This document shows positions 27,201 to 38,762 of a stretch of DNA of 64,000 nucleotides, in pieces (the first letter of the stretch is position 1; each line of letters opens with the position of its first letter). Location: assembly GCF_036321535.1 (NCBI RefSeq), contig NC_087436.1, positions 37,760,001 to 37,824,000 on the forward strand. The letters run 5' to 3'. The position numbers were made by a program, and so were the translations under genes. The notes under the pieces were generated by a model. The model was given only the letters and a program-made list of their open reading frames with translations. It searched no databases and was not told the origin of the DNA. The stretch is from Camelus dromedarius. Its lineage: Eukaryota.

Positions 27201-28279
27201 ATTAATATTGTTGTTGTTAACTCCAAATTCATCTCTTATAATGAGCTGATTTAATAAAGAGAAAGTTCCTCCCACAGGCAGCTGAGGATGTTGGGAAAAT
27301 TCCCACCAGTCATAACTAGTGAGCTCTCTAGCTCTGGGGCTGACCTAAATATCCCAGACATCCTGGGGCATCGGGCAGCTTGTCCTGCTCAGTTGCACAG
27401 TGGTACTGTGCAATCGACAGCTTTCAGGGCAAACAGGGGCCCTAATGAGGGAAGACTGCCCTGGAGTGATTCTAGGGCAACTACGCCCAGTATCTGACTC
27501 AAGTGCGGCCGTGGCATGTTTGCTCTGAGTTCCTAATAAATGTGGAAAGCCAAATTCTAACCATTTCTTAAGAGACATATTTTACTGTCTGGCCTCCTCT
27601 GCTCTCAGAAGGCAGCTTCAGAGATGCTACTACACAATACATGGAACGTTTTATAATGCTGAAATAATGACTATTTCTTTAACAGGAACAGCATATCAAA
27701 TTCTGTTCAGAGTTTCTATTTCTGTTATCTACAGGACGAAGGGCATCAGAGGCGAGGGATTAAGGGTCGTGAGTGGAGGTCCCATTTAGTCTGCTCCACC
27801 ATCTCTCTCTTTGTTTCAGAAAGGTTCATTGGATTTTGAGACATCCAGCCATCTTTTGTAGATATAACTTTTTTCGGCTGTTGGAAACTCTCATTTACAT
27901 CCCCAACTTCCCTCGGATTTCACCTTGACAATCGTCTGGATATCTGAGGGACAGAGCATTTAATGAAACTTAAAGAGGCCTGGTCTTATTCCTAAACTGC
28001 TAGGTATTTGGGAAAAGGAGTTCAGCATTCAGTCTCAGAATCATCACTGGATTTCAGAGTTTAGAGATCAACCATTCAAGCCTTTCTAAAAATTGAGGTG
28101 CAGCATCAGCTGCTAAGATGACACTTCTAGTTGGACCCTGAAACCAAAAAGTCAAACTTCTTAGCTTTCAAACAAGTTTTTATTGAATTGCAGTACAACT
28201 GGGAAATAAGGATGGGAAATAAGAGACTCTTGTAAGAAGCATTATGGCTTTTTTGAAAGATATTTTAGAGGATAAATGT

Positions 28280-28460
28280 GTGGGCTCCACGGTCAGATTC
28301 ACCTGGGTTTATATCTTTTCTCTGCTTATGTTAAAGGAGGTTCATTCTCGTATAAGAATAGTACCTACTTTACAAGGTTTTTGTGAAGACTAAATGCAAT
28401 AATGCAGTTAGCAAACTTAGCACTGTGTTTTGCACATAGTAACTCTTAATTACTGCAGAT
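28280..28460 (+). mobile_element. MIR SINE fragment
   Basis: AATAGTACCTACTTTACAAGGTTTTTGTGAAGACTAAATG...ACTTAGCACTGTG...GCACATAGTAA. Confidence 0.65.
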
Positions 28461-29677
28461 ATTTTTCATGAAAAACTGCAGAATGCATGGCAGGAAAAGA
28501 AAATTGTTTTGAGAAAGTAAATTAAACAAACTTTCTAAACAAGCTCACTGTGAAAAATTATGTCTCAAATCCTCATACAAAAGAAAAGCTTATTCCCCTC
28601 AAGAAATATTTTCAATTGTATGAATCTATCTTGGGTAGCACTCAAAGATAAAATTAAAGTCCAGTAATGGTTTAAGTGGAGGTGACCTCATAGCTATAGC
28701 AATGACTATTTAGAAATAAAACTGGCATTCACTTCATTTCAAACGATTGCAAATATTTGCACTTGACTATTTAAAGTACTTCAGTGTAAGAACACTGTAT
28801 TTCCTCCTAATGCTTGAATTCTCTGATGTATGTTGTCAAAGAGATAAAGGAAAACAATGCCTTCCACAGGTGCTTCTGTGAGGAAAACAAGTACCAGTTT
28901 CTCCAAGGAAGCAAAGTCTTTCACTAGTATTTGATGTGAAAAGAACTCGCCTACCTGAGGCTTCCCCTTGGGGTAGGGAGGCAGGTGGGAGATGGCGTTG
29001 GCGACAACATCACTACACAGTGTGCCGTAGAGAATGATAGACTGGTCCATCATGACTTACAGAGTTTTTGATGAAAGTCAGTTACAAATGCCAAAATGTA
29101 ACTCAAGGAAGACACTCTGCTGGACTGGTGAATATAGAACTCCTGGAGGTTAGACAAATGACCTAATGCCAGAACTTCCCAATGGTCTTCTTTGATTTGA
29201 AGTGGGGGTCCAAGCCCGCTTTTTAATATAGGAAAGATTTACATAAAATGTTGTGTTGAAGAGTCTGGTTAATCTGTAACACTGGCAAATAACTCACCTT
29301 ATGATTTTGGACAAATCCTATGAGAAAGTTAAACTTTACAGTCTCTTAAAATCTCTGATTTATGAAAATCTGATTTGGGGAATAAGGATGATTCTATACA
29401 TATACGATCTTTGGTCAAATTTAAAGGAAGAATAAAAATAACTGTTCAGTGGTCATATTCTGGCCTTCAGTGGATCTCTGTGACTTAGGTGATGGGCCAG
29501 GCTTTGACACATTTGTCTATAGATATCTACAATGACCATACCAGCTTCTGCCATAATGAAGTGGGGATTTTCCCTCCGAATACCCAGGGAAGTTAATGCA
29601 CCAAGAGTCCTTTCGTTTCAGAATATTTTTAATGTCTGAAACTCTGGTGAATTCATTATCAACTTGATGAAATACTT

Positions 29678-29680
<3 letters not shown>

Positions 29681-29713
<33 letters not shown>
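29681..29713. repeat. (AC)16 microsatellite
   Basis: Read directly. Confidence 0.97.
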
Positions 29714-29715
<2 letters not shown>

Positions 29716-29868
29716 AAGTTTACCCTCCAGATCATGAGGGTGTTGTATCTAAAATATGTAATACAGCTTTTCTGAAACCAAAATAGTGTTAATCTTTAAG
29801 GAAGTTTGCAACTTGCCCAAGTGTTTTGCCTGTAAAATTAATGTAGGCAATTCTTCTGTTGCCCCAGG

Positions 29869-30056
29869 ATGGTGCCTCTCCACTGGTGTCTGCTGTGGCT
29901 GCTGTTACCACTCGGCTCAAGGACCCAGAAGTTACCCACTCGAGATGAGGAACTTTTTCAGATGCAAATCCGGGACAAGGCATTTTTTCATGATTCATCA
30001 GTAATTCCAGATGGAGCTGAGATTAGCAGTTATCTCTTTAGAGACACACCTAAAAG
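29869..30056 (+). CDS. NDNF: NDNF coding exon (exon 2): signal peptide MVPLHWCLLWLLLPLGS and N-terminus
   Basis: Acceptor ttctgttgccccag|G at 29867/29868, ATG at 29869, donor AAG|gtactc at 30056/30057. 188 coding nt (phase 2). Translation MVPLHW...LFRDTPKR matches the NDNF N-terminus as I recall it. Confidence 0.96.
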
Positions 30057-31284
30057 GTACTCTCCCTGCAACACTTTCTTCCATAAGCTCATAAAGGATG
30101 TCTCTAAAAAAGAAAGTAACCTTTTAGACTTAGCTTAGATAATTTGCAATCAACCTCTGAATAGCATTGCCTATTTTTCTCTAAGTAAGAAAAAAAATGG
30201 CAGTGTGACTTTGGTCATTAAATAGAGGCTCTTTGATTCCTGCCAATTGTGATCTCCTTTTGGGGTGGACAGAGCAATCTTTGCATGGCTTACATTTTGG
30301 AATGATAATTTTATTTTCTTTAGGACAATAGGAAATTTCTCAGGACGACTCTGGAACATTAATGAAATTAATTGAATACATATGATTCTTCAAGTATTTG
30401 CATTGTCTTGTAAGGATAATATTTCTTTGACCAAAATAATCAGATTCTGAAAGAATCAAACCAAACAGTGATAAAAACTGACTGCTCATTTACCTTCATC
30501 CCAACATCAAGACATTGAGCTGACATAATGCTTCTAAATATTTTGACCTTTTAAAATTACATATGTATCACACAAGTAAATAAATGTGTATATATGTGTA
30601 TCACATAAGCTAATTATATTTAAAGTTACTTAAGTTGCAGCGCCCAAACCCCTCTCTATCATATTTCAAAAATGGTATCTCCTTTTAACCCAGGACACCA
30701 TGGCATTCCAAAGGAAAAACTATGTCACATCATCAATAATCCATTTTCCAAAGGTTGAGGTATATAAAATCACTAGGGCATCTTTCTCGTCACTTCAGTT
30801 TTGATTGACAGTAATAATGGAAAATGGTACTCCCCTTCCACTGAGTGGCACAATCCTTTTACCATCTGCTCAGTCTGAATGATAGTAAATAATCAGTTTT
30901 CATATTATGACTGATGTGACCAGTCATATAGTAGTTTGAATATCATTTCAGCCCCACCTGAATGAAATTATTTGTCCAAGTGAGTGTAATAGATTAGGAA
31001 CTGACTTGTCAGTAATATATAAAATACTAATAAATCCCTCAATGACAGTCATAAGAGTGAAGGCACAAAACACAAGGATGATTACACTGAAGGAACTTGA
31101 GGTGCTGGTATTTATCAAGACTCAGTCTGTGAAAACAGGGAAGGACAGAGGAGGCAGTCCTAATAATTCAGATTAGCCTTAAATATCAGCTGAATTCATG
31201 CCAAACACATTTTGCTTTACATATTATTTTGTCTTGAAGTTTTTGAGTGAATTGAAACATTTTTGTCTTTAAAAGTTACTTTAT

Positions 31285-31397
31285 GGGGTGGGTATAGCTC
31301 AGTGGCAGAGTGCATGCCTAACATGCATAAGGTCCTGGGTTCAATCCCCCATACCTAATTACATCTTCTCCCCTACAAAACAAAACAAAATAAAACA
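31285..31397 (+). mobile_element. tRNA-derived SINE (vic-1-like, short form)
   Basis: GGGGTGGGTATAGCTCAGTGGCAGAG...GGTCCTGGGTTCAATCCCC, CCTAATTAC, CAAAA tail; flanked by TTACTTT direct repeats. Confidence 0.85.
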
Positions 31398-32939
31398 ATT
31401 ACTTTGATTTCCTCAAGGTACTTGTGCACTGTTGTGCAGTGTTCTTTAAATGTAGCATTCCAAATTGTGTAATCCTATCACTTAATCAAATAAATAGTTT
31501 ATTCTTGATCTCCCAGTCTCTTAAAAATTAAGTAAGTTTTGATCCTAAGAGTTGCCTTAACTTACATGACATTTTTTTAAAGCAGTATGTTTTTATTACA
31601 AGACATTGCAAAACAACACATGCTCCTTTCCTCCCTCCATTTTAATTTCTCCCATTTGTTCATCTGTATGGTCTTTTTTCCCCCCAAATAATTGTTAGGG
31701 ACTTTGATATCTATATTTGGATGCAACGTTAGCTTACACTAGCTAAATAAAGAGTTGCTGCCAGTCATTTCTAGGGGTAAAATATGCCGTGGGAGACACA
31801 CAGACATTGTTGATATTACAACCAAAGATGAAATTCCAGATAAAGTTTGGCAGCAGAGAATAGCAAAAGACAACATATTCATTAATTATTATTATGTTTA
31901 TACACAAATTCCAAAGTCTAAATGGTTCATCGAGTGTTTATCCCTCAGCTCTGGCTTTGTGACTCGGAGCATATTTGTCACATTTCTTTCTGTCTCCCTC
32001 ACTAGCCAGTAAATATCTGGAGCTTCCAGATCGTGCCCTGTCATCTCTGATTGCAGCCCCTTTCCAGGAGTGCACTGTGCACGGTAGACAGTAAATGTTT
32101 GTCAAATTGTTAAAGTTTATTCAGATTATCTTTGGTCCCTAATCATAAGTGCTTCCATGTGAAAATGTTGACTGAGAGGGACTCCCTGATGTTTTATAGG
32201 TATAATGATTAGCTTGTGGAATGTAAGCATTGTTGTCTTGTTATTGGTTGCTTATGGTGTGTATTAAAGTTACCAAGACACTAAGTTACTTACTTGGGAA
32301 ATAAACTACTTTCTTGATTGAAATGATAACAGAAGATAATGCATGAATGTGCACATTGATTTCTGCTTCAGTGTTGGTTAGTTCTGTCATCCACATAAAA
32401 ACCAAAAACAAACAAAACCAAAAAGTTTTGAATAGTTTTAAAATTCCATGATGATAAGTGAATTATTTTGTCTTACCTAATTCTTTCTAAGGCAGATAGG
32501 TTCAGTTATGTTTATAGTGGGTAATATTGCCTATGTCACTTAGCCAAAGGAGCAAAGTCCTGCTCTCCAAAAAGTTGTCTGAATTTAAAGTTAAACCATC
32601 TGACACTTAACCTTAGGGCTGCTTAAGGTATAAAATTTCCCTACAGTAAACAATTCAATTATCTAGTTATTTTGTCTGGATGATTGTTTAACTTTATTAT
32701 ATTATGAACAAGTTGTTTTTGCTTTTATAGTGTCTTCACTTTATTTGCCCTTCCACAGCCTTATCTGCACTCTCCAGCTCCTAACTCATATTTGAATAGT
32801 GAAGGGAGGAAAAAGCACACATATTTCCATTCAAATTCTATATCTTCAGATAGAAACAAACTCTAAGTGTAGGTATCCTCAAGCTAGAATAAGGTGGGTG
32901 CTATGATTCTTGAGTTCTATTTACCTAGTTAGTAATTCA

Positions 32940-33229
32940 CTCACTAAAAATGTTCATCAAGGACCTTCTACGTGCAGAAATCTGTGCTCAGTGCTGGAGA
33001 TAAATTGACATGGAAAATGAACCCTAATTGGGCCCTTGTGGGGAAAATGACATTAATCAAATGATGATATAAATATATAGTCACAAATTGCAGTAGGTGC
33101 CAAAAAGTAAAAAGTATAGGACACTCAGAGTGTGTGAGAGACCCTGACCGAGAATGAGTAAGAAAAGGCATCTCTGAAGAACCGACATTTAAGTATTAGT
33201 AAAGATATGGACATCAATATAGTTTTATT

Positions 33230-33262
<33 letters not shown>

Positions 33263-34750
33263 ATTTGTAAGTATTATTAAAGGCTAAAGGGTGTATTTCA
33301 GGTAGAGAAAACAACATCCCAAAGGCTCTAAGATGGAGTGGAGTCTGGGAAACTAGAGAAACTCTACGTGTTTGGAGCACAAAAAGCAAAAAAGGATGAT
33401 GACCCAACAATGAGGTTGGCAGAGGTCCCTGCACTAAGGCAGCTTTAGACTCTGTAAACAATTAAGGACTTCTCTCCCAAAGTGAACAGCTAAGCCCATT
33501 CATTAATTAATTCAACAAATATTTATTCAGAATTATTTTAGCTTCAAAGCCTTCACCCATGAACCTAATGCCCTGCCCTCTTGTAGTTTCATGCTAGTTG
33601 GGGAAGGTGGGAAAGATTTAAAAATAAAATGAACAAAGGCATACATAATACATCAGATGATGATGAGTGCTTTGAAGAAAAATGAAGACACGTGAAAGAG
33701 CTTCGTGGGTAGGAAGCGGATATCTTACCTAAGGGGTCAGCGTAGGCCCACGGCAAGATGGTGCTGGAGTAGACAGTGGATGCAGTGACTGAGCAAGTAA
33801 GGTCAATAGCTGGAGGATGAGCATCTCAGGTGGAGGAACAGTATATCAGGCGGAGGAATAAGAAGTGCAGATGCCCTGAGGCAAGGGCCTGTCGTGAATG
33901 TTCCAAAGACAGCAAGGAGCTTAGTAAAGGGGGGAGAGAGTAGGAAGAGGTGGGTTTGGAGATTTGGTTGGGGAACCAAATTGTTGTGAGTTCTGTGGTT
34001 TTTGCTCTGAAGGAAATAAGCTCTTGGAGGGCTTGCAGCAAGTGTGTTCAGTCTTAGGTACACAAGGATATCTCCTCCTAGAAGGAGGTCAATAAACTAA
34101 GGGGGTCAAAGTGGAAATAAGACCAGTCAGAAGGCTATTGAAAGGCTCAGGCAAGAAAAAATGCTGGCCTGGATCTGGTGGTAACAGAGAAAGTGGAACA
34201 GGCTAACAATTTAAATTTGAGAGTTCAGGATTTGCAGATACTAACTACTATGCATAAAGTAGATAATAAGGCCCTACTGTAGCGTACAGGGAACTATATT
34301 TAATACCTTGTAATAGCCTATAATGAAAAAGAATATGAAAAGGAATATATCTCACTATGCTGTGCACCAGAAATTAACACCACATCGCAAACTGACTATA
34401 CTTCAAAAAAAATAAAATAAAATAAAATATATTTGGGAGTCATTAACACATAAGAGGCTAAAGCCATGGCCCTGGATGAGATCACACAGGGGATGAGCGT
34501 GGGTAGGAAAGAGTGTCCTGGTTCACCCTGTGCGTTAGAGGTTGGTGGGGTGAGAAGGAACCACAGAAGAGACTGATTGAGCAGAAGGCCATGGCGGTCA
34601 GTTTGGAGAGCACGTTGGGGTGGATGTGGAGAGAATGGAGAGGCAAGAGATACCCAGCAGGTGCCATCTCTAGAAGGTGAAACTTACTATCCTTTGCCAT
34701 GAAACTAGTGAGCAGCTCTGGGCTTGCTGCAATGGAAACCACCGTTTCCT
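32940..34750 (-). mobile_element. Cluster of nested/fragmented L2 pieces
   Basis: Purine-rich L2 antisense signatures (ATTCAACAAATATTTATT, AAGTGCAGATGCCCTGAGGCAAG, GAAGGCTATTG, TGGATGAGATCAC). Boundaries approximate. Confidence 0.6.
34222..34426 (+). mobile_element. Truncated L1 3' end inserted in L2
   Basis: GATTTGCAGATACTAACTACTA...CAGGGAACTATATT...AATGAAAAAGAATATGAAAAGG...CACCAGAAATTAACAC...A-tail; same family as 15725-16530 and 26964-27092. Confidence 0.85.
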
Positions 34751-35621
34751 CCTTTGCCAGATTATGGGCTTGGAAAGATAAATGAGATCACCTAAATTAT
34801 TCAGAGTAAGAATATATGGCATTGTTATAGATGGGCAATATTTGTATCCTCCTTAAAAGTTCATTTGAGGTGTCATTTAAAAAATATGAGGAGAAAGCAT
34901 AGAGCAGAATGTTTTGATCTTTTAAAACTTTGTTTTTAAAATCACTAGGTTATTTAATTCTACAGAAAGTCTTAGTGGTAAAGAAATGGGTCTTTCCACT
35001 GACTGACACCGTGATCTTAACCTTTCAAAAATATTTCTCAAATGGTGATTAGATACCCCTCTGCAAAAAGGATTGTAATAGTAAAGCTGAGAACAGTCAC
35101 TAGTGTAAAAACATGAATACAGTGTTATTGGCCAAAGACCAACATGCATGTTAGAACTACACTGCTGTGAAAATGACCTCCTGGAATTGTTGGTGGCTAC
35201 TTTAGAGTGCCCTCAGGGTAACTTACAAATATATCCTCCAATTTATAGAAAACACAGTATCTGTAGGGTGACATACTGGAAATCTTTCTTGGTTGTGACT
35301 TACTTTGCACTGGCAGAGCCTATGTTAAATAACACCCCCAAACTGGTTAAGTGTTGGTTCTCAACTCAAGTAACTCAAGCAATTCATTTCAGCTCAACAT
35401 CTTTTAATGATTTCATGTTGTGTTGATACTAAACCTGGTTGGGGAAACTTGGGCTGTTGGACTTCCACAGTTAATGCTGAAGGTTTCATGAGTTGTGTCC
35501 AATCGCCAGTTTTATTTTCTATTCAACGAATACAAATCAAACCAAGTGATTTTTTCCAGTAATCTTGGTGGTAAGCATTACAATGAATGATCTTGGTCTG
35601 AAGTGGTCCACTTTTGCACAG

Positions 35622-35746
35622 GTATTTCTTTGTGGTTGAAGAAGACAATACTCCACTGTCAGTCACAGTGACTCCCTGCGATGCGCCATTGGAATGGAAG
35701 CTGAGTCTCCAGGAGCTGCCCGAGGAGGCGAGTGGGGAAGGCTCAG
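35622..35746 (+). CDS. NDNF: NDNF exon 3 (YFFVVEEDNTPLSVTVTPCDAPLEWKLSLQELPEEASGEGS)
   Basis: Acceptor ttttgcacag| at 35621 and donor CAG|gtaagc at 35746/35747. 125 nt, open frame compatible with exon 2 (phase 2) and exon 4 (phase 1). Absent from the ORF track. Confidence 0.96.
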
Positions 35747-35999
35747 GTAAGCAGCCTGACAGATGTGGTCCCAGACCTCTGGATGGATGACTCAAAGGCT
35801 TAGGAAACCTAAAGCCTTCTCTTAGTAAGTAAAAACAGCATGGTTGCAGTGAATCTGGAGATTTTGAAATGGAGATAAGGGAAATGGGGGATGGTATCCG
35901 ATGATGGTGATCTTGGTAAAATAAAAGGTTAAGAGAGATAGGTCATGAGGAGTAAGGAGTGAGGAAAGGCAAGGGGTGGAGATTAGCTTCCCTGGCTGT

Positions 36000-36145
36000 G
36001 GTTTGCAGTCTTACCTGAACACTGGAATCACCACTTGGGATTTTTTATGCTACTGATGTCTGAGTCCTGCCTTCAGAGGCTGTGATTTCATGGCGCTGGG
36101 GTGTGGTCTAGACATTGGGGCCAGGTGATTCTAATGTGCAGCCTC
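36000..36145. mobile_element. MER5-like DNA transposon relic
   Basis: GGAATCACC...TACTGATGTCTG...CCAGGTGATTCTAATGTGCAGCC. Confidence 0.6.
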
Positions 36146-36728
36146 TGATCTCTGAGGAATAAAGGGTAGAAACAAAGAGAACAAAAGGACACTTGTCACC
36201 ACTGAAAGTCCAGGATGAGAAGAAAGTCAGGAGGAGGGGGAGGTTAGGCATTTAAAGAAGATGCAGATGATGGAAAGCAAATAACAAGATACAAAGAAAT
36301 GAGTACAGTCTGTGAGGCCCTGGAGAGATGCTGTTCCCTTTAAGGGGCAAAGCCTAAAGTGAAGGTTTGAGGCTGGTGCCACGACAGGATCTGGCAAGCT
36401 AGATACTTACAGTGATGAGGGAACGCTGTGATTAGGAAAATAATATAAGTGCATATGGGGAGTGATGAGACTCAGATAAAGAACATGAATAACGTTTAAA
36501 AAAAAGACTGATAGAAATACACCAAGATGTTAATAAAAGACTGTCTCTGGATCACTCATTAATGGATGCTACTTTATCTTGTTCTCTATCTCCAAATTTT
36601 CTACTGGGAACATGTATTCTTTTTATAATTTTAAAATGAAATTAAAGTGTCCTAAAAACACAATTTAAGGTTGATGAGCCACAGCATATGCCCTGACATG
36701 TAGACTGTGCTTCCCTCGTGTCTTGTAG

Positions 36729-38122
36729 GTGAGCCTGAACTTCTGGATCAGCAGAAGCAGCAGATCATTAACGAGGAAGGCACAGAGTTATTCTCCTACA
36801 AAGGCAATGACGTGGAATACTTCATATCTTCCAGTTCTCCGTCTGGCTTATATCAGTTGGAGCTTCTTTCAACAGAGAAAGACACACACTTCAAAGTATA
36901 CGCCACCACGACTCCCGAGTCTGATCAGCCCTACCCGGAATTACCTTATGATCCAAGAGTCGATGTCACCTCCCTGGGACGCACCACGGTCACTTTGGCC
37001 TGGAAGCCCAGCCCCACGGCCTCTCTGCTGAAACAGCCCATTCAGTACTGTGTGGTCATCAACAAAGAGCACAATTTCAAAAGTCTCTGCGCAGTAGAAG
37101 CCAAACTGAGTGCAGACGACGCTTTCATGATGGCTCCCAAGCCCGGTCTGGACTTCAGCCCTTTCGACTTCGCCCACTTCGGATTTCCATCAGATAACTC
37201 AGGGAAAGAACGCAGCTACCTGACAAAATCTTCTCCAAAGCTGGGGCGGCATGCCTACGTCAGGCCCAAGGTGGACATCCAGAAAATCTGCATAGGAAAC
37301 AAGAACATCTTCACCGTGTCGGATCTGAAACCCGACACGCAGTACTACTTTGACGTCTTCGTGGCCAACAGCAACAGCAACATGAGCACCGCTTACGTGG
37401 GCACCTTCGCCAGGACCAAGGAGGAAGCCAAACAGAAGACAGTGGAGCTGAAAGATGGGAAGGTTACAGATGTGTTTGTTAAAAGGAAGGGAGCAAAGTT
37501 CCTACGTTTTGCTCCCGTCTCTTCTCACCAAAAGGTCACCTTCTTTATTCACTCTTGTCTGGACGCTGTCCAAATCCAAGTGAGAAGAGACGGGAAACTC
37601 ATTCTGTCTCAGAATGTGGAAGGCATTCGGCAGTTTCAGCTGAGAGGAAAACCTAAAGCCAAATATCTCATTCGACTGAAAGGGAACAAGAAAGGAGCTT
37701 CTATGTTAAAAATACTTGCTACCACGAGGCCGAGCAAGCAGTCATTTCCCTCCCTTCCCGAAGACACACGAATCAAAGCCTTCGACAAGCTCCGTACCTG
37801 CTCCTCAGCCACTGTGGCGTGGCTGGGCACCCAGGAAAGGAACAAGTTTTGCATCTACAAAAAGGAAGTGGATGATAACTACAATGAAGACCAGAAGAAA
37901 AGAGAGCAAAACCAATGCCTTGGACCAGATACCAGGAAGAAGTCAGAGAAGGTCCTCTGTAAATATTTCCACAGTCAGAACCTGCAAAAAGCAGTGACCA
38001 CAGAAACAATTAAAGGTCTTCAGCCTGGGAAATCTTACCTGCTGGATGTTTATGTCATAGGACATGGCGGGCACTCTGTGAAGTATCAGAGTAAAGTCGT
38101 GAAAACCAGGAAGTTCTGTTAG
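36729..38122 (+). CDS. NDNF: NDNF terminal coding exon 4 (fibronectin type III domains, ends ...VVKTRKFC*)
   Basis: Acceptor tcttgtag| at 36728; ORF-track frame 36707..38122; TAG at 38120-38122. 188+125+1394 = 1707 nt = 568 aa, the known NDNF length. FN3 hallmarks VTLAW...LKPDTQYYFDV and ATVAW...LQPGKSYLLDV. Confidence 0.98.
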
Positions 38123-38762
38123 TTACCGTGTAGAGAGATATATATTATGTAGAACTCCAGGAGAGACATCAAATCACTTTAAGTATACACTGACTACTCC
38201 CACAGCTGAGAAAAGTTGTGACCTGTACTTGTGCTATGGAAAGAAGGATATCCGCCTGTGTCTGTGGCTGTTTATATAAGTAATTGCTGGAAGAGACTTG
38301 GTCTAGTGTGCCCCCGTGGTACCTAAGGTGTGTCTGATGTCCGCTGATGTCAAAGATAGAGGACATCTTGAAGGAACTGCCATCCTTTGCTTTGACCACT
38401 GCATGGACTGCTTCTAAATTATTTTATTACCTAAAAATTTAAATACGCTATTCATTGCACACATCCACAAATGCAAATCATTCCTCTCAATAGATGCTAG
38501 GATATATATATAAATTATTTTATAAAATCTTGTTTTAAATGTCAGTGTTTCTATGATTGTAAACTATTCCAGTCTTTCCCTGTTAAAGTACAGAGCTAAT
38601 CTAAATATATTAAGTGGACAGCCCTTTAGTCAGTCATATTGCTATTGTAAATTCTTATCTGTTGAGTAAAATGTTTAAATGCTGTATGTATCTCATGTAC
38701 AAAGTTGACATACATTATATTCATGTATATAAAATTAAAGATATTAGATTATATACTGTTCA
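38123..38762 (+). other. NDNF: NDNF 3' UTR up to the proximal poly(A) site
   Basis: AT-rich sequence after the stop; ATTAAA at 38734-38739 preceded by several TGTA motifs. The end position is inferred. Confidence 0.6.
38734..38739 (+). terminator. Putative polyadenylation signal ATTAAA
   Basis: Variant hexamer with clustered upstream UGUA (CFIm-type) elements at ~38684-38727 and a U-rich downstream stretch. Confidence 0.55.

Noticed and set aside
36707..36728. ORF-track N-terminus MLPSCLV of the 471-aa ORF
   Set aside because: Starts at a non-ATG codon in the intron 3 polypyrimidine tract; the real exon begins at 36729.
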